Part shown: positions 12,662 through 25,320 of the stretch, in pieces | Position numbering within the stretch: the first letter of the stretch is position 1 | Layout of the letters: the number at the start of each line of letters is the position of its first letter | Position numbers and translations under genes: made by a program | Notes under the pieces: model-generated | The model's input: the letters and a program-made list of their open reading frames with translations, nothing else | What the model was told of the DNA's origin: nothing | Databases searched by the model: none | Source of the DNA: Vicugna vicugna | Taxonomy: Eukaryota | Direction: 5' to 3' | Assembly (NCBI GenBank): GCA_013265495.1 | Contig: MU058791.1 | Location: 374,001 to 438,000 of the forward strand | DNA length: 64,000 bases

Positions 12662-12954
12662 GTTTGACAGGAAAGCGTGTATGGCCTTGGGATGGCTGCT
12701 CTTTACTGAAGTGGTGACATTCATTTTCTCCTGGTGGTAACTTTGTATTTAGTACTCCATTGTCAGGGTTGATACAGTTTTCAAGTCTGCCTCAATTGCC
12801 AAAACATGTTTGTGAAGAAGTTTAGCATGCTCCTGAAATGTATCCATTGGAATTCCGAGAGTCAAAGTTTCTACAGCCACTGAATCAGCAAATTTGAGCT
12901 GTTGTCCTAGGGGAAAACAGGCTGAGATGCCTGCCAGCGTCTGATCACATTTTC

Positions 12955-13408
12955 ATCAGCCTATTTAGTACATCACCTTGTTTAAAATGTCTAGTTGGTT
13001 CATTAACATTGAACTCACAGCCAACAGCCCTGTAACTCATGCCTGGACAAAGTGTACCTAACGTGTATTTTCTTCATCAGACACATGCCAGCCTTCTCCA
13101 GCTCAGAAACACTCTGCTTGGTTTTAAACAGCAAAATCAGCAACAAAAAACACACAAATGTGAAAACCATGGCAGCAAAAAGGATACTTGTTTACAGTCT
13201 GAAAGCTGAATCAAGAAGGCAGAGAGCATCCTCGCCCTGTTCTACCTCAGCTGAGAACGTACAAGTTGGGACTTAAATTTTCTCCCTTCTGCACACGTCC
13301 CCAAAGGACCACACAAGTGCTGCCAAGCATTGATTTGGGGTTCCAAAGACACATTAGCAAGTAGGCAAATTCACAATTTGGAACTCCATGAATAATGAAG
13401 GCTGACTG
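12955..13408 (-). mobile_element. MER82 (TcMar-Tigger) non-autonomous DNA transposon
   Basis: cttgtttacagt..gaaagctgaatcaagaaggcagag...cctcagctgagaacgt...gattTggggt...gcaagtaggcaaattc...aataatgaaggctgactg matches the recalled MER82 reverse complement. Confidence 0.8.
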
Positions 13409-15036
13409 TTCTTGTATTTTAATTTGCTTTACTAAATACCCTTCTCTACGAATGTGTAAAGCACAAAAATTCTTTCCCCCTAAAGAGTAGCCAAAATCTA
13501 GTGACCAAAGCCAGAGGCTCAGTAACATCCGTGGAGATTCAGGAGGTACTCCTGTGTCGAGGGTCTCTCATTTGTCCTTGATTTTAAGACACATCATTGC
13601 AGTTTCAAAAAATTTAGCAATGCTTCTGAACTCGAACCCACATTCCTCTTCTTAATCTCTGTGGTTTTACATCTGCCAATGAAGGAGCCAGCCAGGAGGT
13701 CACAGGAATAATTTTCTGGTTCCTAGAGAATTCCATTCTAGTTCCAGTTCCAGTTCTGGACATATCAAAGGGAGCATCTTTCTGAGAGATTTTAGGACTT
13801 TTTAACCCAAATCTGATTCTATCATTTCCTCTAAATTCTGGGTGAATCCTCGTATTATTCCAACAGCTGCTTTGGACTGTACTTTACATTGTACCTAAGG
13901 TAGCTGTTTTTCACTGTGAATTATATTGAGTTCAGTTTCATTCCTGCTCCCACCCAATTGGGTATAATCAAAAATACAGTTCTGTTTAAAAGTTCTCCTT
14001 TTTAATTGCCTATAGCTTATTCTTTAGGGTCCAATTAATTTTCATTTCCCATGGTTTATTCCCTGGAATTATAATCAAAATGATTTGCAAAAGCCAAACA
14101 AAACAGAACAAAACACCTGCAAAAATGACAAGATTTTAACCAATAAATTAATTGCAATTACTCATCATCATTTCTGTGTTTTTAAGCACAGCCCTCCACA
14201 GAATTCAGACTTCTTCCAGTAACACTGGGCAAGGACTGATGAGGAGACAGGGGGCTAGATTGCTCTTCTGTTGAAGGTAGTGTGGTTTCTTAAAGTGGTA
14301 TCTCTGGGATAAATCACCCTGCACTTTTCTCTTCAAAATGTTTCTTAATTATCCATCTTTCCATGACCTGCATGTTGTTTGCTAGTATTCACTGGAGGAG
14401 CCTGGTATAAATTCAGCCTGCTTTCTTTTTCTCCAAATGCATGGTGTCATATTCACCTGCTCCTACGAAGGAAATCCAGAAATCTTTCCTGCTGAAGCAG
14501 ATAAATCCCAGGTCTTAACATGATAGAAGCTTCTTTCTCATTCCTGTGATATCCAGTTGAGAGGCTGGTTGGTGGCCAGGGGTTCCCCAGCGACTGTCCT
14601 TCAGACTCCCAAGTAGGCAAAGATTCTGTCTTTGCTGGAGTCACTGTTGCCCATGCTGCAGGTGGCAGAAGGCTCAGAGGGTCCGGCTGGCGGGGCTCAG
14701 GACAGCCTGTGTGGAAGCCACCAGGCCCACGGGTGGTTGGCATTAAGTCCCGTGGTGGTCTTGTCTCCCGGTGACCCAAGTCACCATAAGGACATAGCAC
14801 CCACGTGGCAGTGGCACACGTTTAGCTGCTTTGTGAAAGGGCAGTCTTTCCTACATTGCTCAGATATTTTTTAAGATGACTTTGAGTTCAATAAAAAAGT
14901 GAAATACTGTCAACAAGAAAACTCTCATATTTATTCAAAGGGATGAATCACCCAAGGTTTGATACTCGATTCACCCTTCCTGCTGAGCCAAAAATCGACC
15001 AATATTGTTCCCTAAATTATTTCCTAGCTTTTTTGA

Positions 15037-15037
<1 letters not shown>

Positions 15038-15079
<42 letters not shown>
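15038..15079. repeat. (TG)n(AG)n compound microsatellite
   Basis: Read directly. Confidence 0.9.
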
Positions 15080-15929
15080 CATAAGGGATTCCACTCCCCC
15101 TCCGGTTAGTGGTTGAACTCTTACTGCAGATGTGTCCACAGCAGTGTTATATTCATCCTCTTTTTCAACCTTTTAACATAACTTTAAGAAGCAGCCTCAT
15201 TAGAGCAAAGTTTCAAAATGGAACATGATTTATGTCCTGCCCCTTGCTGTTACCAGTATCCCACCCACAGCCAAGTAGCTGATCACAGTCATCCGTCCCC
15301 CACCATTGCCAGAATATAAATGAGCTAATTCTACCGATTATAGTATTATCTTAGTTTTGTAGGAAATTCTGAGTGAAATGGCTAGGAACAAACAAAACTG
15401 TAGGTGCTTGGAGGTAACCTGCCCTTCAGGTTTTGAGTTGAGACCTCTGTCTGCCTAGCCAGTCATCCCAGAAGATGGCACGCTTCCAAGAGTCTCTTTT
15501 ATTCTGTATCTAAGATGTTAACACTCAGAAAGAAGAGATATTTCCCCATGAATGAGTCGTCAAGAGTGGTAACTCAAGTGGAAACTCAAGTGAAGTACGT
15601 ACTCTAGATGACTGACAATTTATCAGATGACAATTGGGAATACAAAGGATTCTGTAAAACCTTGTGGGGAGGGGAATGGGATAGGATGTGGTGATCATCA
15701 GAGGGTTAAGCATTATTTGAGTAATTCCTTTAAATGTTTGATGGCATTCATTTTACACATCTCCCAGGGAAAACCTACTTTTAAGTGTGTATTTATGAGT
15801 TAGGTATCATTTATTTCTCTTGTTCTAGTAAATTATTCCCTTGCAGTGGTGATGTTGGTAGTAACATTGGTTCTAGAAGCATGAGCTAAGACCCAGTAAA
15901 AGTTGTTAGAATCAAAATATAGAGGCACT

Positions 15930-16253
15930 AAAACAAAAACAAACAAACAAATGAAAACAAAGCGTAAATACAGGACAGAAACAGACTCACAGAGAATACA
16001 GACTTGTGGTTACCAGGGGGGTGGAGGGTGGGAAGAGATAGACTGGGATTTCAAAATTGTAGAATAGATAAACAAGATTACACTGTATAGCACAGGGAAA
16101 TATACACAAAATGTTATGATAACTCACAGACAAAAAAATGTGACAATGAGTGTGTATATATCCATGAATGACTGAAAAATTGTGCTGAACACTGGAATTT
16201 GACACAACATTGTAAAATGATTATAAATCAATAAAAAATGTTAAAAAGAAAAA
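15930..16253 (+). mobile_element. Young camelid-type L1 3' end with poly(A)
   Basis: L1 3' UTR with AATAAA near 16230 and an A tail. 16-bp TSD AAAATATAGAGGCACT (15914-15929) / AAAATTTAGAGGCACT (16254-16269). Confidence 0.9.
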
Positions 16254-16389
16254 AAAATTTAGAGGCACTGGTTTGAGGTCTCTATACCATCATTCCTGAT
16301 CCGCAGGGATCAGGGATAAGTTAGGGCAGCCGACCTATGTCCTGTTTAGTTGGTTTTTTTGAATACAGATTAGATTTTCTTCATACTCA

Positions 16390-16580
16390 GGTCTTGAGCC
16401 ACCATGCAATCTTGAAATCAATTTTGTGGATTGCAACTGGCTTTAAAAAAAGAAAATGGAACAGAATAGGAAATGATAGTTACCACACACAGGAAGGAAT
16501 AAGAAAATATTGTTTTATGCAACTTTTGTTTCACTTCCATGAGCATGTGTGCTTATAACATATGCTGGTTTAGGGAGACC
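16390..16580. mobile_element. Ancient hAT-Charlie-type MER fragment
   Basis: gaaatcaattttgtggattgcaactggc...aaaatggaacagaatag...tattgttttatgcaacttttgtttca resembles old hAT MERs. Subfamily is uncertain. Confidence 0.45.
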
Positions 16581-17721
16581 AGTCTGGTCTTTGGTTGTGA
16601 CTGTGGCTGGCCATGTCCACTGGGGCAGCTACCTCTATTCAAGAGAAATGAAACCAGGAAGGAAGGTCATTGAGTGTCACAAGGACTTAGTTGTTCATTT
16701 CTCTTGCCAGGAGCTGAGATATACTTCTGTCAGTGTCATCCAAACATGATGTATGGTTTGTGCTGCTCTAGGAAAAGCAATATCTGACATTCCCTAGCTG
16801 GAATGCCTCCAGGATGGAAATGCTTTTATTAATTAAAGTCAGAGTAACTTAAAGTAGTGTTAACTAGCAACTCCTGATTTCATGATTCCATCAGTAGTTG
16901 AACATCTTTATGAGATGCATTGAAATGCTTCAGCATCCTTATCTAGCACTTCATTGCACTGAAGTCATTTAATCTTTATCAATTTAGGAAGGTACCTCAT
17001 CATCGTTCTGAAATGAAGAACCATGGTGTAGGAACGTAGACACGGATATAGAAGGCGGGCAAGATCTAGTTTTCATGCATTTCCCTATTTATTTTTAATA
17101 CAAACTTTTTTTGAGCATCTACTATGTGCTGTACTCTGGGAACCCGAAGGCAGGCGATGGCTTGGCCCTTGGTCCAGAGACAGAAACAGATGTATAGATA
17201 CACACACAACAGCAATTCCAGGATGGTAAGGGCTAGAATACAGAGAAAGGTGTGTAAAGTTATCTGGGATGTTAAAGGAGGAAGGACCAACTGTGCAGTT
17301 TGGGAAGACATCACCCATCACAAAATCTTCAAAATAAAACTTGACAGGCAAATAAGACTTCTCCATAGGAGGCGGGGGATGTACTCTGACTCCAGAGCTC
17401 AGCCTGGTATTTGTTTTGTTTAGTAAGCACCTGAAGTGCTTGGAGTATCAATTGCTTCTTTCTCTTAAAAATTGAATTCAGAAGAAAACAAATTCTAGTT
17501 ATTCAGAGTACCAGTTAGGGGAGGTCTGGCTAATTAAGGTTTCACCGTAACTTTAGTGTATCAAAAAGCAGGGTTATAATAATGTGTTTTGTTTTAATTA
17601 TCTTAAGAGAGTATTTTGGTGGGGTTTTTTTTATTTGTTTGCTTAGTTGTTTTGGCTTGGGTGGGATTAGACCTGTGTAATTCTGATTATGAATTCTCCC
17701 TTACAAATCCAGTTTGGCTTC

Positions 17722-18905
17722 TTCTTTTTTTAATTGAAATATAATTGATTTATAATATTGTGTTAGTATATAGCAAAGTGATTCTTTGTGGGGGGAGGTA
17801 ATTACATTTTTGTTTATTTATTTATTTTAATGGAGGAACTGGGGATTGAACCCAGGACCTCGTGCCTGCTAGGCACATACTCTACCACTGAGCTATCTCC
17901 TCCCCAGCAAAGTGATTCTAATTATATATTTTTTCAGATTATTTTCCATTAAAAGATACTGAATATAGTTCCCTGACTATACAGTAAGTCCTTATCTATT
18001 TTACATATAGTCGTTTGTATTTGTTCATCCCATACTCCTAATTTATTCTCGCTTCCTTTCCCCTTTTGTGACCGTAAGTTTGTTTTCTGTCTGTAAGTCT
18101 GTTTCTGTTTTGTATATAGATTCATTAATACTATTTTTTTAGATTATACATATAAGTGATATCATATAATGCTTGTCTCTGTCTGCCTTACTTCTCTTAG
18201 TATGATCATCTCTAGGTCCATCCATGTTGCTGCAAATGGCAATATTTCACTCTTTTTATGGCTGAGTAATATTCCATTGTATGCATACACCACATCTTCT
18301 TAAACAAATTGTCTATTGATGGGCACTTTGGTTCTTTCCATGTCTTGGCTATTGCAAGTTATGCTGCTGTGAACATTGGGATGCATGTATCTTTTCAAAT
18401 TTGAGTTTACATCTCTTCAGGCTATATACCTAGGAGTGGGATTGCTGGATCATATGGTAGCTCTATTTTTAGTTTTTTAAGGAACCTCCATACTGTTTTC
18501 CATAGTGGCTGCACCAATTTACATTCCCACCAACAGTGTAGGAGGGTTCCCTTTTCCCCACACCCTCTCTAGCATTTATTATTAGTGACCTTTTTGATGA
18601 TGGTCATTCTGATGGGTATGAGGTGATACTTCATTGTGGTTTTGATTTGCATTTCTCTAATAATTAACGGTGTTGAGCATCTTTTCATGTGGCTGTTGGC
18701 CATCTGTATGTCATCTTTGGAGAAATGTCTTTTTAGGTCTTCTGCTCATTTTTTGATAGGGTTGTTTGTTTTTTTGAAATCAAGTTGTATGAGCTGTCTG
18801 TATATTTTGGATATTAACCCCTTGTCAGGAGCAACATTTACAAGTACTGTCTCCCAGTCCAGAGGTTGTCTTTTTGTTTTGTTGATGATTTCCTCTGGTG
18901 TGCAC
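17722..18905 (-). mobile_element. L1 3' UTR plus ORF2 C-terminus, 5'-truncated, interrupted by a SINE
   Basis: ORF 18746-18955(-) contains [14 protein letters not shown]...[15 protein letters not shown]...KKTNNPIKK, which is L1 ORF2. Poly-T at about 17722. Degenerate TSD cagtttggcttctt / caatttggtatctt. Confidence 0.9.
17786..17905 (-). mobile_element. tRNA-Ala(AGC)-derived SINE (camelid vic-1 type)
   Basis: Minus strand GGGGAGGAGATAGCTCAGTGGTAGAG...CTAGCAG...GGTTCAATCCCCAGTTCCTCCA has A and B boxes, then a (TAAA)n tail. Perfect 14-bp TSD AGCAAAGTGATTCT (17772-17785 and 17906-17919). Confidence 0.9.
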
Positions 18906-20462
18906 AATTTGGTATCTTGTATCCTCTTCCCAGTAAGAATTAAAGCATCTGTCAAAAAGGGGAAGAAAGATAGAAGTTCAAATGAAGATCAGTCACAAGG
19001 AAGGTGGCAAAGCCCTTGGAGGAGACAGAAGTGTCTGCTGGCGTGTTACGCAGTGGACTTGGGATGTAGCGCGGCCAGAAAATAGAGAGATGGGGAAGAG
19101 GTGGCTGGACCAGATTCAGGAATTCCAGAACATAGAGGACAAAGGTCGATACTGTTTATTCGGCATTGCACTTTGCAGCCTCTAACCGCTCATGGACTCT
19201 GACGGGCACAGGTAAGTGTCCTGAGAAGTGTGGCGGAGCAGAAAGCACAGGGCTTCTCACAGACCTGCCCCCCAAATCCATGTCTGGAGCCTCTCTGAGC
19301 CCGCTTCCTCTGCTGGAAAATCAACCCCAAAGAGACACCCTCCACGCTGTTTCTTGTGAGGATTCCAAAGGATTTATGTCTGCTTAGCAGATAGTCTAGG
19401 GCATAGGAAGTGCCCCGTAAACAGCTTTCCTCTTCCCACACCTCTCACCCCAAGTATAATCCTATGTTCATCTTTAACTAGGAATATAAGGTGACAGTCA
19501 CTGCAACACAGGGGCCCACACTGTAGTCAGAACAGGTTTGTACAACCGCGTCAGTTTCGGGGCGGCACGCCAAGAGCACAGTCCTTCCAGCTGCGGTCTT
19601 CACGACCCACCCGAAGTCCCCTGTGGGGTCACGTGCACGCGGCCACCTGTCATGCACGCTGACCCTGCGCCCCCAGGTGAGCCTGCTGGTTCGTAAAGTC
19701 CCGGGGATGCGTGGATGCGTTTACCTGCTCCATTGTTGAAAGATACGGATTTTGGTAGGTGGTGGTGGTAGAAAGGGAAGGAAGACATAGGAGGAAGCAA
19801 GTTAACTCCATCTGGACATCAGAAAAGCATAGGAAGGTGGGCAAACTCTGTATGTTTACTTCCCTTCTCTTCTGCTTGATTCCTGAACCCAGTTACATGC
19901 CAACTTAAGAAAACCGTCATCACCGTAGCATAAATGCAGTTTGTGTTAAACTTGTGATACACTTCTCTTACTGGTTTCTCTAAAATCTTTAGGTGACTTC
20001 AGCAAAAGACTTGGCAGTCTTTTCCTCTGCCCATCATTGAAAAGAACTCGTGTGTCCCTGTATTCCTTAGTAGCACCCATTTCCTCAGCCATTTTTCAGA
20101 TACCAACTCCCGACACAGTGTAATCAGAACAGCCCTGCAGGCAGATGGGCTGTTCACGCCTTCTTATTTCGGTTCCATGTGAGTCTACATCTGATTCGAC
20201 TAATCTAGGATATTATTGGGTATCGAATACGGACATCTTGTGTGATGTACTGGTGCTTATTTTAAATGACCCCAGTTACATGTCCAAAAGTCCTCAGGTC
20301 ACCCAGTAAGAAGCTGAGCTGGAATGCACACTCCATGCTTCGAAATTAGCTTTCCTCTCTCATTCCCGTGGGAATTTGTTACACGGCGTTCACTGCTCTC
20401 CCTCCCCTCCAAGTATTTGATTTTGGGGAACATATGACATAGTCAGCTCCACTCCACATCCA

Positions 20463-20602
20463 GAGAATACAGACTTGTGGTTACCGGGGGGGGGGGAGAT
20501 AGACTGGGATTTCGAAATTGTAGAATAGATAAACACGATTACACTGTATAGCACAGGGAAATATACACAAAATGTTATGATAAATCACAGAGAAAAAAAA
20601 AA
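20463..20602 (+). mobile_element. Doubly truncated young L1 3' UTR fragment
   Basis: Nearly identical to 15991-16138. Flanked by direct repeat CACATCCA (20455-20462 and 20603-20610). Confidence 0.85.
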
Positions 20603-23600
20603 CACATCCAACTATGTATGGATGCGCATTCCTTCAAAAGTGTAAAATTCAACTGAGTTGGGTCCTGATGTCCAGGCGAGGTGCTGATTATGGGGAAGGC
20701 TGTTTACCTGCCTGGGGAGAAGTCATTGGTTCGTGGCTCCAGGATTCTGTGTGGCTCTTAGAGTGAATTCCTCTCCATCCCCCTCTTAATTCAGTAAGCA
20801 GACCAAATACCCATAGGCAGAAGGGGAGTGACGATTTGTGTTCTGGAATTAGTTCAGAATATTACAGTCAAAAATGTCTTTGAAGATCGGAGCTGGTCAG
20901 GCGTCTCCCCACGGCCCCACCCGAGCCACCCAGGGGCTACACCACCCACGGCCTTTCCATGACTTCCCCGGCTAACCTATGGCTTTTCCCTTATTGCCAT
21001 TTATGAGCGTGGTGAGAGGATTTGGAAACCCAAGGATGATTAATTTTGACACTTATTTGCAATTCTGACACGATCATCAGCAACCCTAGACAGTGTGAAA
21101 ATAATAGCAAATTTTAGGGGTTAAAAAAAAATCTACCAGCTGTAGCCCCTTCAGCAAGTTACAGGGCCTGTGGGCGGAGGTCTCCACTCTGTAAAATCGA
21201 CGAGCGCCTTCCTGGCCTCGCGCACGTGTTTTGAGAGTAAAAAGGAAGGAGTAACGGAAGCGCACGGGCTGTGCAGTGTAGAGCTGAGTACCTGGACCCT
21301 CGACTTAGCAAACGCTGACGGTCTCCTGTGTACAGGGCAGAACAGAACAGGTAAGATCAGGAAGAGGTGGAGGCAGCAGAGACCGAGGTGCTCTGGGGAC
21401 TGAGGTGAGACTGACTGACAGCAGTGTCTAATGGCAGTGTTCCGCGGGGTGATGCTGCACTCGTGGGTGCCTGCAGATTTGAACTGAACCGGGGTCCAAA
21501 TCCAGGTCTGTGTGTCCGTAAGAGGTTTGAAAGCCAGAGGGAACCTTAGAGGTCTGAAGCCCAGAGGGTTCACAAGACAATGCTGAGACGGCGTCTGACC
21601 TTAGGTGTGAAACTGGGCTGTGGGAGAGGAGTGGGGAGGAGGTACCGCCTCTTAGCACATCCCAGTTGGCCGTGTGGCCAGGAGAGGAGCCCTGACTCTC
21701 TGGGGTTTGAATTGTGGTGGAGGAGGGGGTGGGATGGCTCTCTGGACAAGGTGACAGCCCAGCCCAGCCTCCCACATTGTCAGACCTCCCTCCTGGGTGA
21801 GTCACCCTGTCTGGGGGCCGGTGAGAATCTGATTGCGGAGGCTCAGGGAAAGCCTCCACAGTGATACAAATGGAAAGTAAGAAAAAAAAAAAAAAGACAC
21901 TCAGAGTTTGTAAAGAAGGAATACATTGTAGCTGAGAAAATTCTTGGCTGAGAAAATGTGGGGCGAGTCTTAAGGCCATTGTTGGAGGGGTTTTGTTTGT
22001 TTGTTTTTTCTTAATATAGGGAGCTATGGACTGGGAAGGACCAGCTGTCCCTACCCCTTGGGCATTGTGGAAACAAACAGACAAATTGAAAAGAAAACTT
22101 TGCAATGCAATTCGGAGTTGGTGGAGGGAAAGTGACAATATGAGGAATATAAAGACTTGACTGCATTCTTAAATCTTAAAATATCTAGACTGGAGGCTTG
22201 GAACCTACAGCTAAGAGTTTGCTGACTCAGAAACAGCAAGCAATTTTTTCAGTAGCTGCAGGATTGAAGAATCCTGTTGCCTCCCTGTAGAAGCATCCAT
22301 GCAGATATCTGCGTACCCAACACCTTGGGAGGACATTAGAAGAATTTACGATTTCAATCAGTTCGAAGATATTTCTGTGGAGTCTTGCCACTTTGTTTAA
22401 TTTAGTCTAATTTCTAATTGTTTTAGTAGCTGGTAGATTTTAGGCTTATTCAGCAGTTGGGACATTTTGAAGGAAAGCTCATTTCTGATAGGGAGTCAGT
22501 AGAAAAGGGATACAAGAAAGTAGACTAGATGCCCAGAATTTCTGGCTGTAAGTACTGTTGCCCATATCTACATTTTTTTAAAGTTTGTTTTTGCTTTTAA
22601 GTTTGTCATACTTAGGTAGAGACTCCTCAGGGACCCTCCAAGAGATAAAATGAAAGCACTGATGGTCTGTGGAGAAGAATTAAGGGAAGGACCTGTGACT
22701 GACGCACACGTGTGGTAGGAGCTGGTTGACACCATGGTCTTTTTTGAGTCTGTTCTTTAATTAACCATTTGGATACACCGATTTCTCTATTACCCAGTGG
22801 GGGAAGATGCCATCTGATCGATGGGCACTGCCCACTCGGTGGCTGGGACTGGCATTCGTTTCTGGCTCTGTTCACTTGACCCTTTGTGAGGCTGCCCACA
22901 TGGTCTCAGGGACGTGTGCCTGTTTCCCCGTCCGGGAAACCATCAGCCCCTGTTCCAGGGACGTCAGCGGTTTAGGTTGGCTTTTTGAGGTATTATTCCA
23001 AATGCAAAAGCAGACACCCTGAATTACTCAGTTTAGTAAAACTCAGGACACCTAAGATAATAGTGCATTTTGAAAATTGAAAATGAAAATGTATTAGGCA
23101 ATGTCTTCTAAATGTTTAGTTTACACCAGCAATACCTGGCATCTGCAGGGTCCTTTTATTTCCCCAGTTTGTCTACGCTTCTTTTATCCCGTAACCTGTT
23201 CACAGCCTCTCCCCGGCCCTGACTCTCCACCCGCTCTCTGCGAGAAAGACCAGGAGGTAATATTCTCATTGTAAAATGTTGAAAAGGAGGCCCAGAAGAG
23301 CTGTGAACTATCAAGGCCTACAACTCTTTAGCTACTTAGCAAAGAAGACAAATTTCAGTCCCCGTCTCTGGGTTCTTAATCAAGGACTTCCGCTGGCAAA
23401 CCAGGGCTAGGGAGCCATCGTCTGCAGGACTTGCGTTCACTTACATTTTATCGATGGGTCAGGGTGAAGGGGTATCTCCTCACCTGCTTTTGTATCTTCT
23501 TGTGAAAATCTGACATGGCTTTAAGAGCATTTCAGATCATACCACAAAACAGCCTCCTCTCTCCCCTCTCTCCTTACCAAGGCTCATTCATTCCTTGGTC

Positions 23601-24897
23601 CTTCTTCCTTCCACAACTGTTTGTTAAATACCTCCACCAGCCACCACGAAAAGGGCTGGAGATTAAAAAAAAATCATAAGTGCACTATTTTCCTTCTTAT
23701 AATCCGAAAGGGGAAAAAAAGAAACGGATTAGTGCACTGACATTCTGTCTTCTGGAATTAGAATGTGTGTATCTTCTAAGAGATAAATCCTTTAAGGTAG
23801 CTAACTCATCTTAAAGGCTTACAAATCATTGAAATGCCTCAGTCAAGATTTCTTTGCTGCCTTATATTACCAGTCACTTCATCTCCAGTTTTAGGTATGG
23901 GCTAGTTTGGGATCCTACTTATTTCAATAGTTGATTTAGTCAGTCAGTCAGTCAGGATTCCTGGCAGTGGTTGTGAGAGACCCAGTTTTTGCAGAGATGT
24001 AGGAATTGGCATCTGGTGGTTGGTCCCCAGGCTTGTGAGCTTCTCTGAGCCTAAGCCCTGAGAAGACTCCAGCATTTCATAGAAAGGTGATGTGCTGACA
24101 GGAACAGACAGAGCCATCCATCATTTTTCATTCAACAAGTATTTATCCTTAAAAAGGGTGGCCCCTCAATGCCATGTCATTGCTATTAATTGGAAGAACA
24201 CAGTTAGAGAGGTAGAAGTGGAAATACTATGGGGATAACAGCATAGTTTTTTTTTTTAAATCAGTTTGTCCATAGCTCTTTATAGCAGCTGATATGGCTT
24301 CTGAACAGTAGTTTTCAAATTTGTGCCCCAGAGTCTTAAGACATGCCGGAAGCCTGGGCTTAAGAGAGGAAAAATGGGAGGAGCCCAGTCCAGCATCCCT
24401 ACTGCAACAGAATACGTCCATCTTGTTGTGATTTCTGACACCGCCAGCACTTTTGCCTCTGTGTCATCTGTTACACTGTTAACGTTCTCATCAGAGGATG
24501 ATATGAAATAAGGGTTATGTTCCTTCTAATGATAACGTAGGAGCAGAAGTCAGTAGCTGCTGGGAGCAGCATCCTCCTGCTGACACAGCCGTAACCTGTA
24601 AGCAATGGATGGAGATCAGCCATGGTCTCCTTTTGTGGAAAAAAAAATACTAAAAATCAAGAAGCTCCAAGTTCTTGCTTTGTTTTATTTTGTATAAGCC
24701 CCTCATAGGTTGCACGTATCCTGTTTGGAGAGGGAGGGTGATCTACATGCATGAAATGAAGAGCCAGAAAGTTCCAATGTCATGGTTCTCTCCTTTGGGG
24801 GAAAAAAAAAGGAAGGGAAAAAATACTATACTGAAATAATGTAGGGGTTTTGAAATTCTTTTATCGATTGCATCTTCTGTTAATTCTAAGATCAGCC

Positions 24898-25320
24898 TGT
24901 ATGGCAGAAGCTGGCCAGCTATTCATCAAACCCATTTCCTTTTCTTCTTGGGCGTGGTGCTAGGTTGAATATTCCAGTTAATCCCGCTGTTAGATCCAGC
25001 CCCATGCGTGTGTTCTGACCAATGGAAAGTGAGTGGAAATGATCTGTGCCCCTTCTGCACCGGCCCATCAGAACCTCCCGTGCAAAATTCTTTGTGCTGT
25101 TTCTCCTGCTGCTGGATTGATGGAGATACGCACCCCTCCTCTTGGAGAAGATGAAATGACTGGAAGGAAGGCTCCTGGGCCCAGGAGTCACCCCTGGGAA
25201 GAGAGCAGTGATCGTGAACACATAAACTGTGCACAGGAAATGAATGTCTCCCACCTTAGAGCCGTTGTACATCTGGGGGCTTTGTCTGTCCCAATAGAGC
25301 TGGCCATCATAATTTCATTA
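24898..25320 (+). mobile_element. MaLR LTR (MLT1J-like)
   Basis: aaacccatttccttttcttcttggg...gttctgaccaatggaaagtgagtggaaatgat...ggaaggctcctgggcc blocks. Confidence 0.65.

Noticed and set aside
12534..12740. ORF with PGPRSQV repeats
   Set aside because: It is the translation of the heptamer tandem repeat inside an LTR.
17831..17905. Functional tRNA-Ala gene
   Set aside because: It has a TSD, an AT-rich SINE tail, a disrupted D-stem, an extra base after the acceptor stem and a closed anticodon loop, and it is nested in an L1.
21428..22138. Longest ORF in the track (236 aa, minus strand)
   Set aside because: No recognisable domain, includes homopolymer-derived runs (FFFFF, KKK), uses a non-ATG start, and lies antisense in an intron. 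Consistent with chance.
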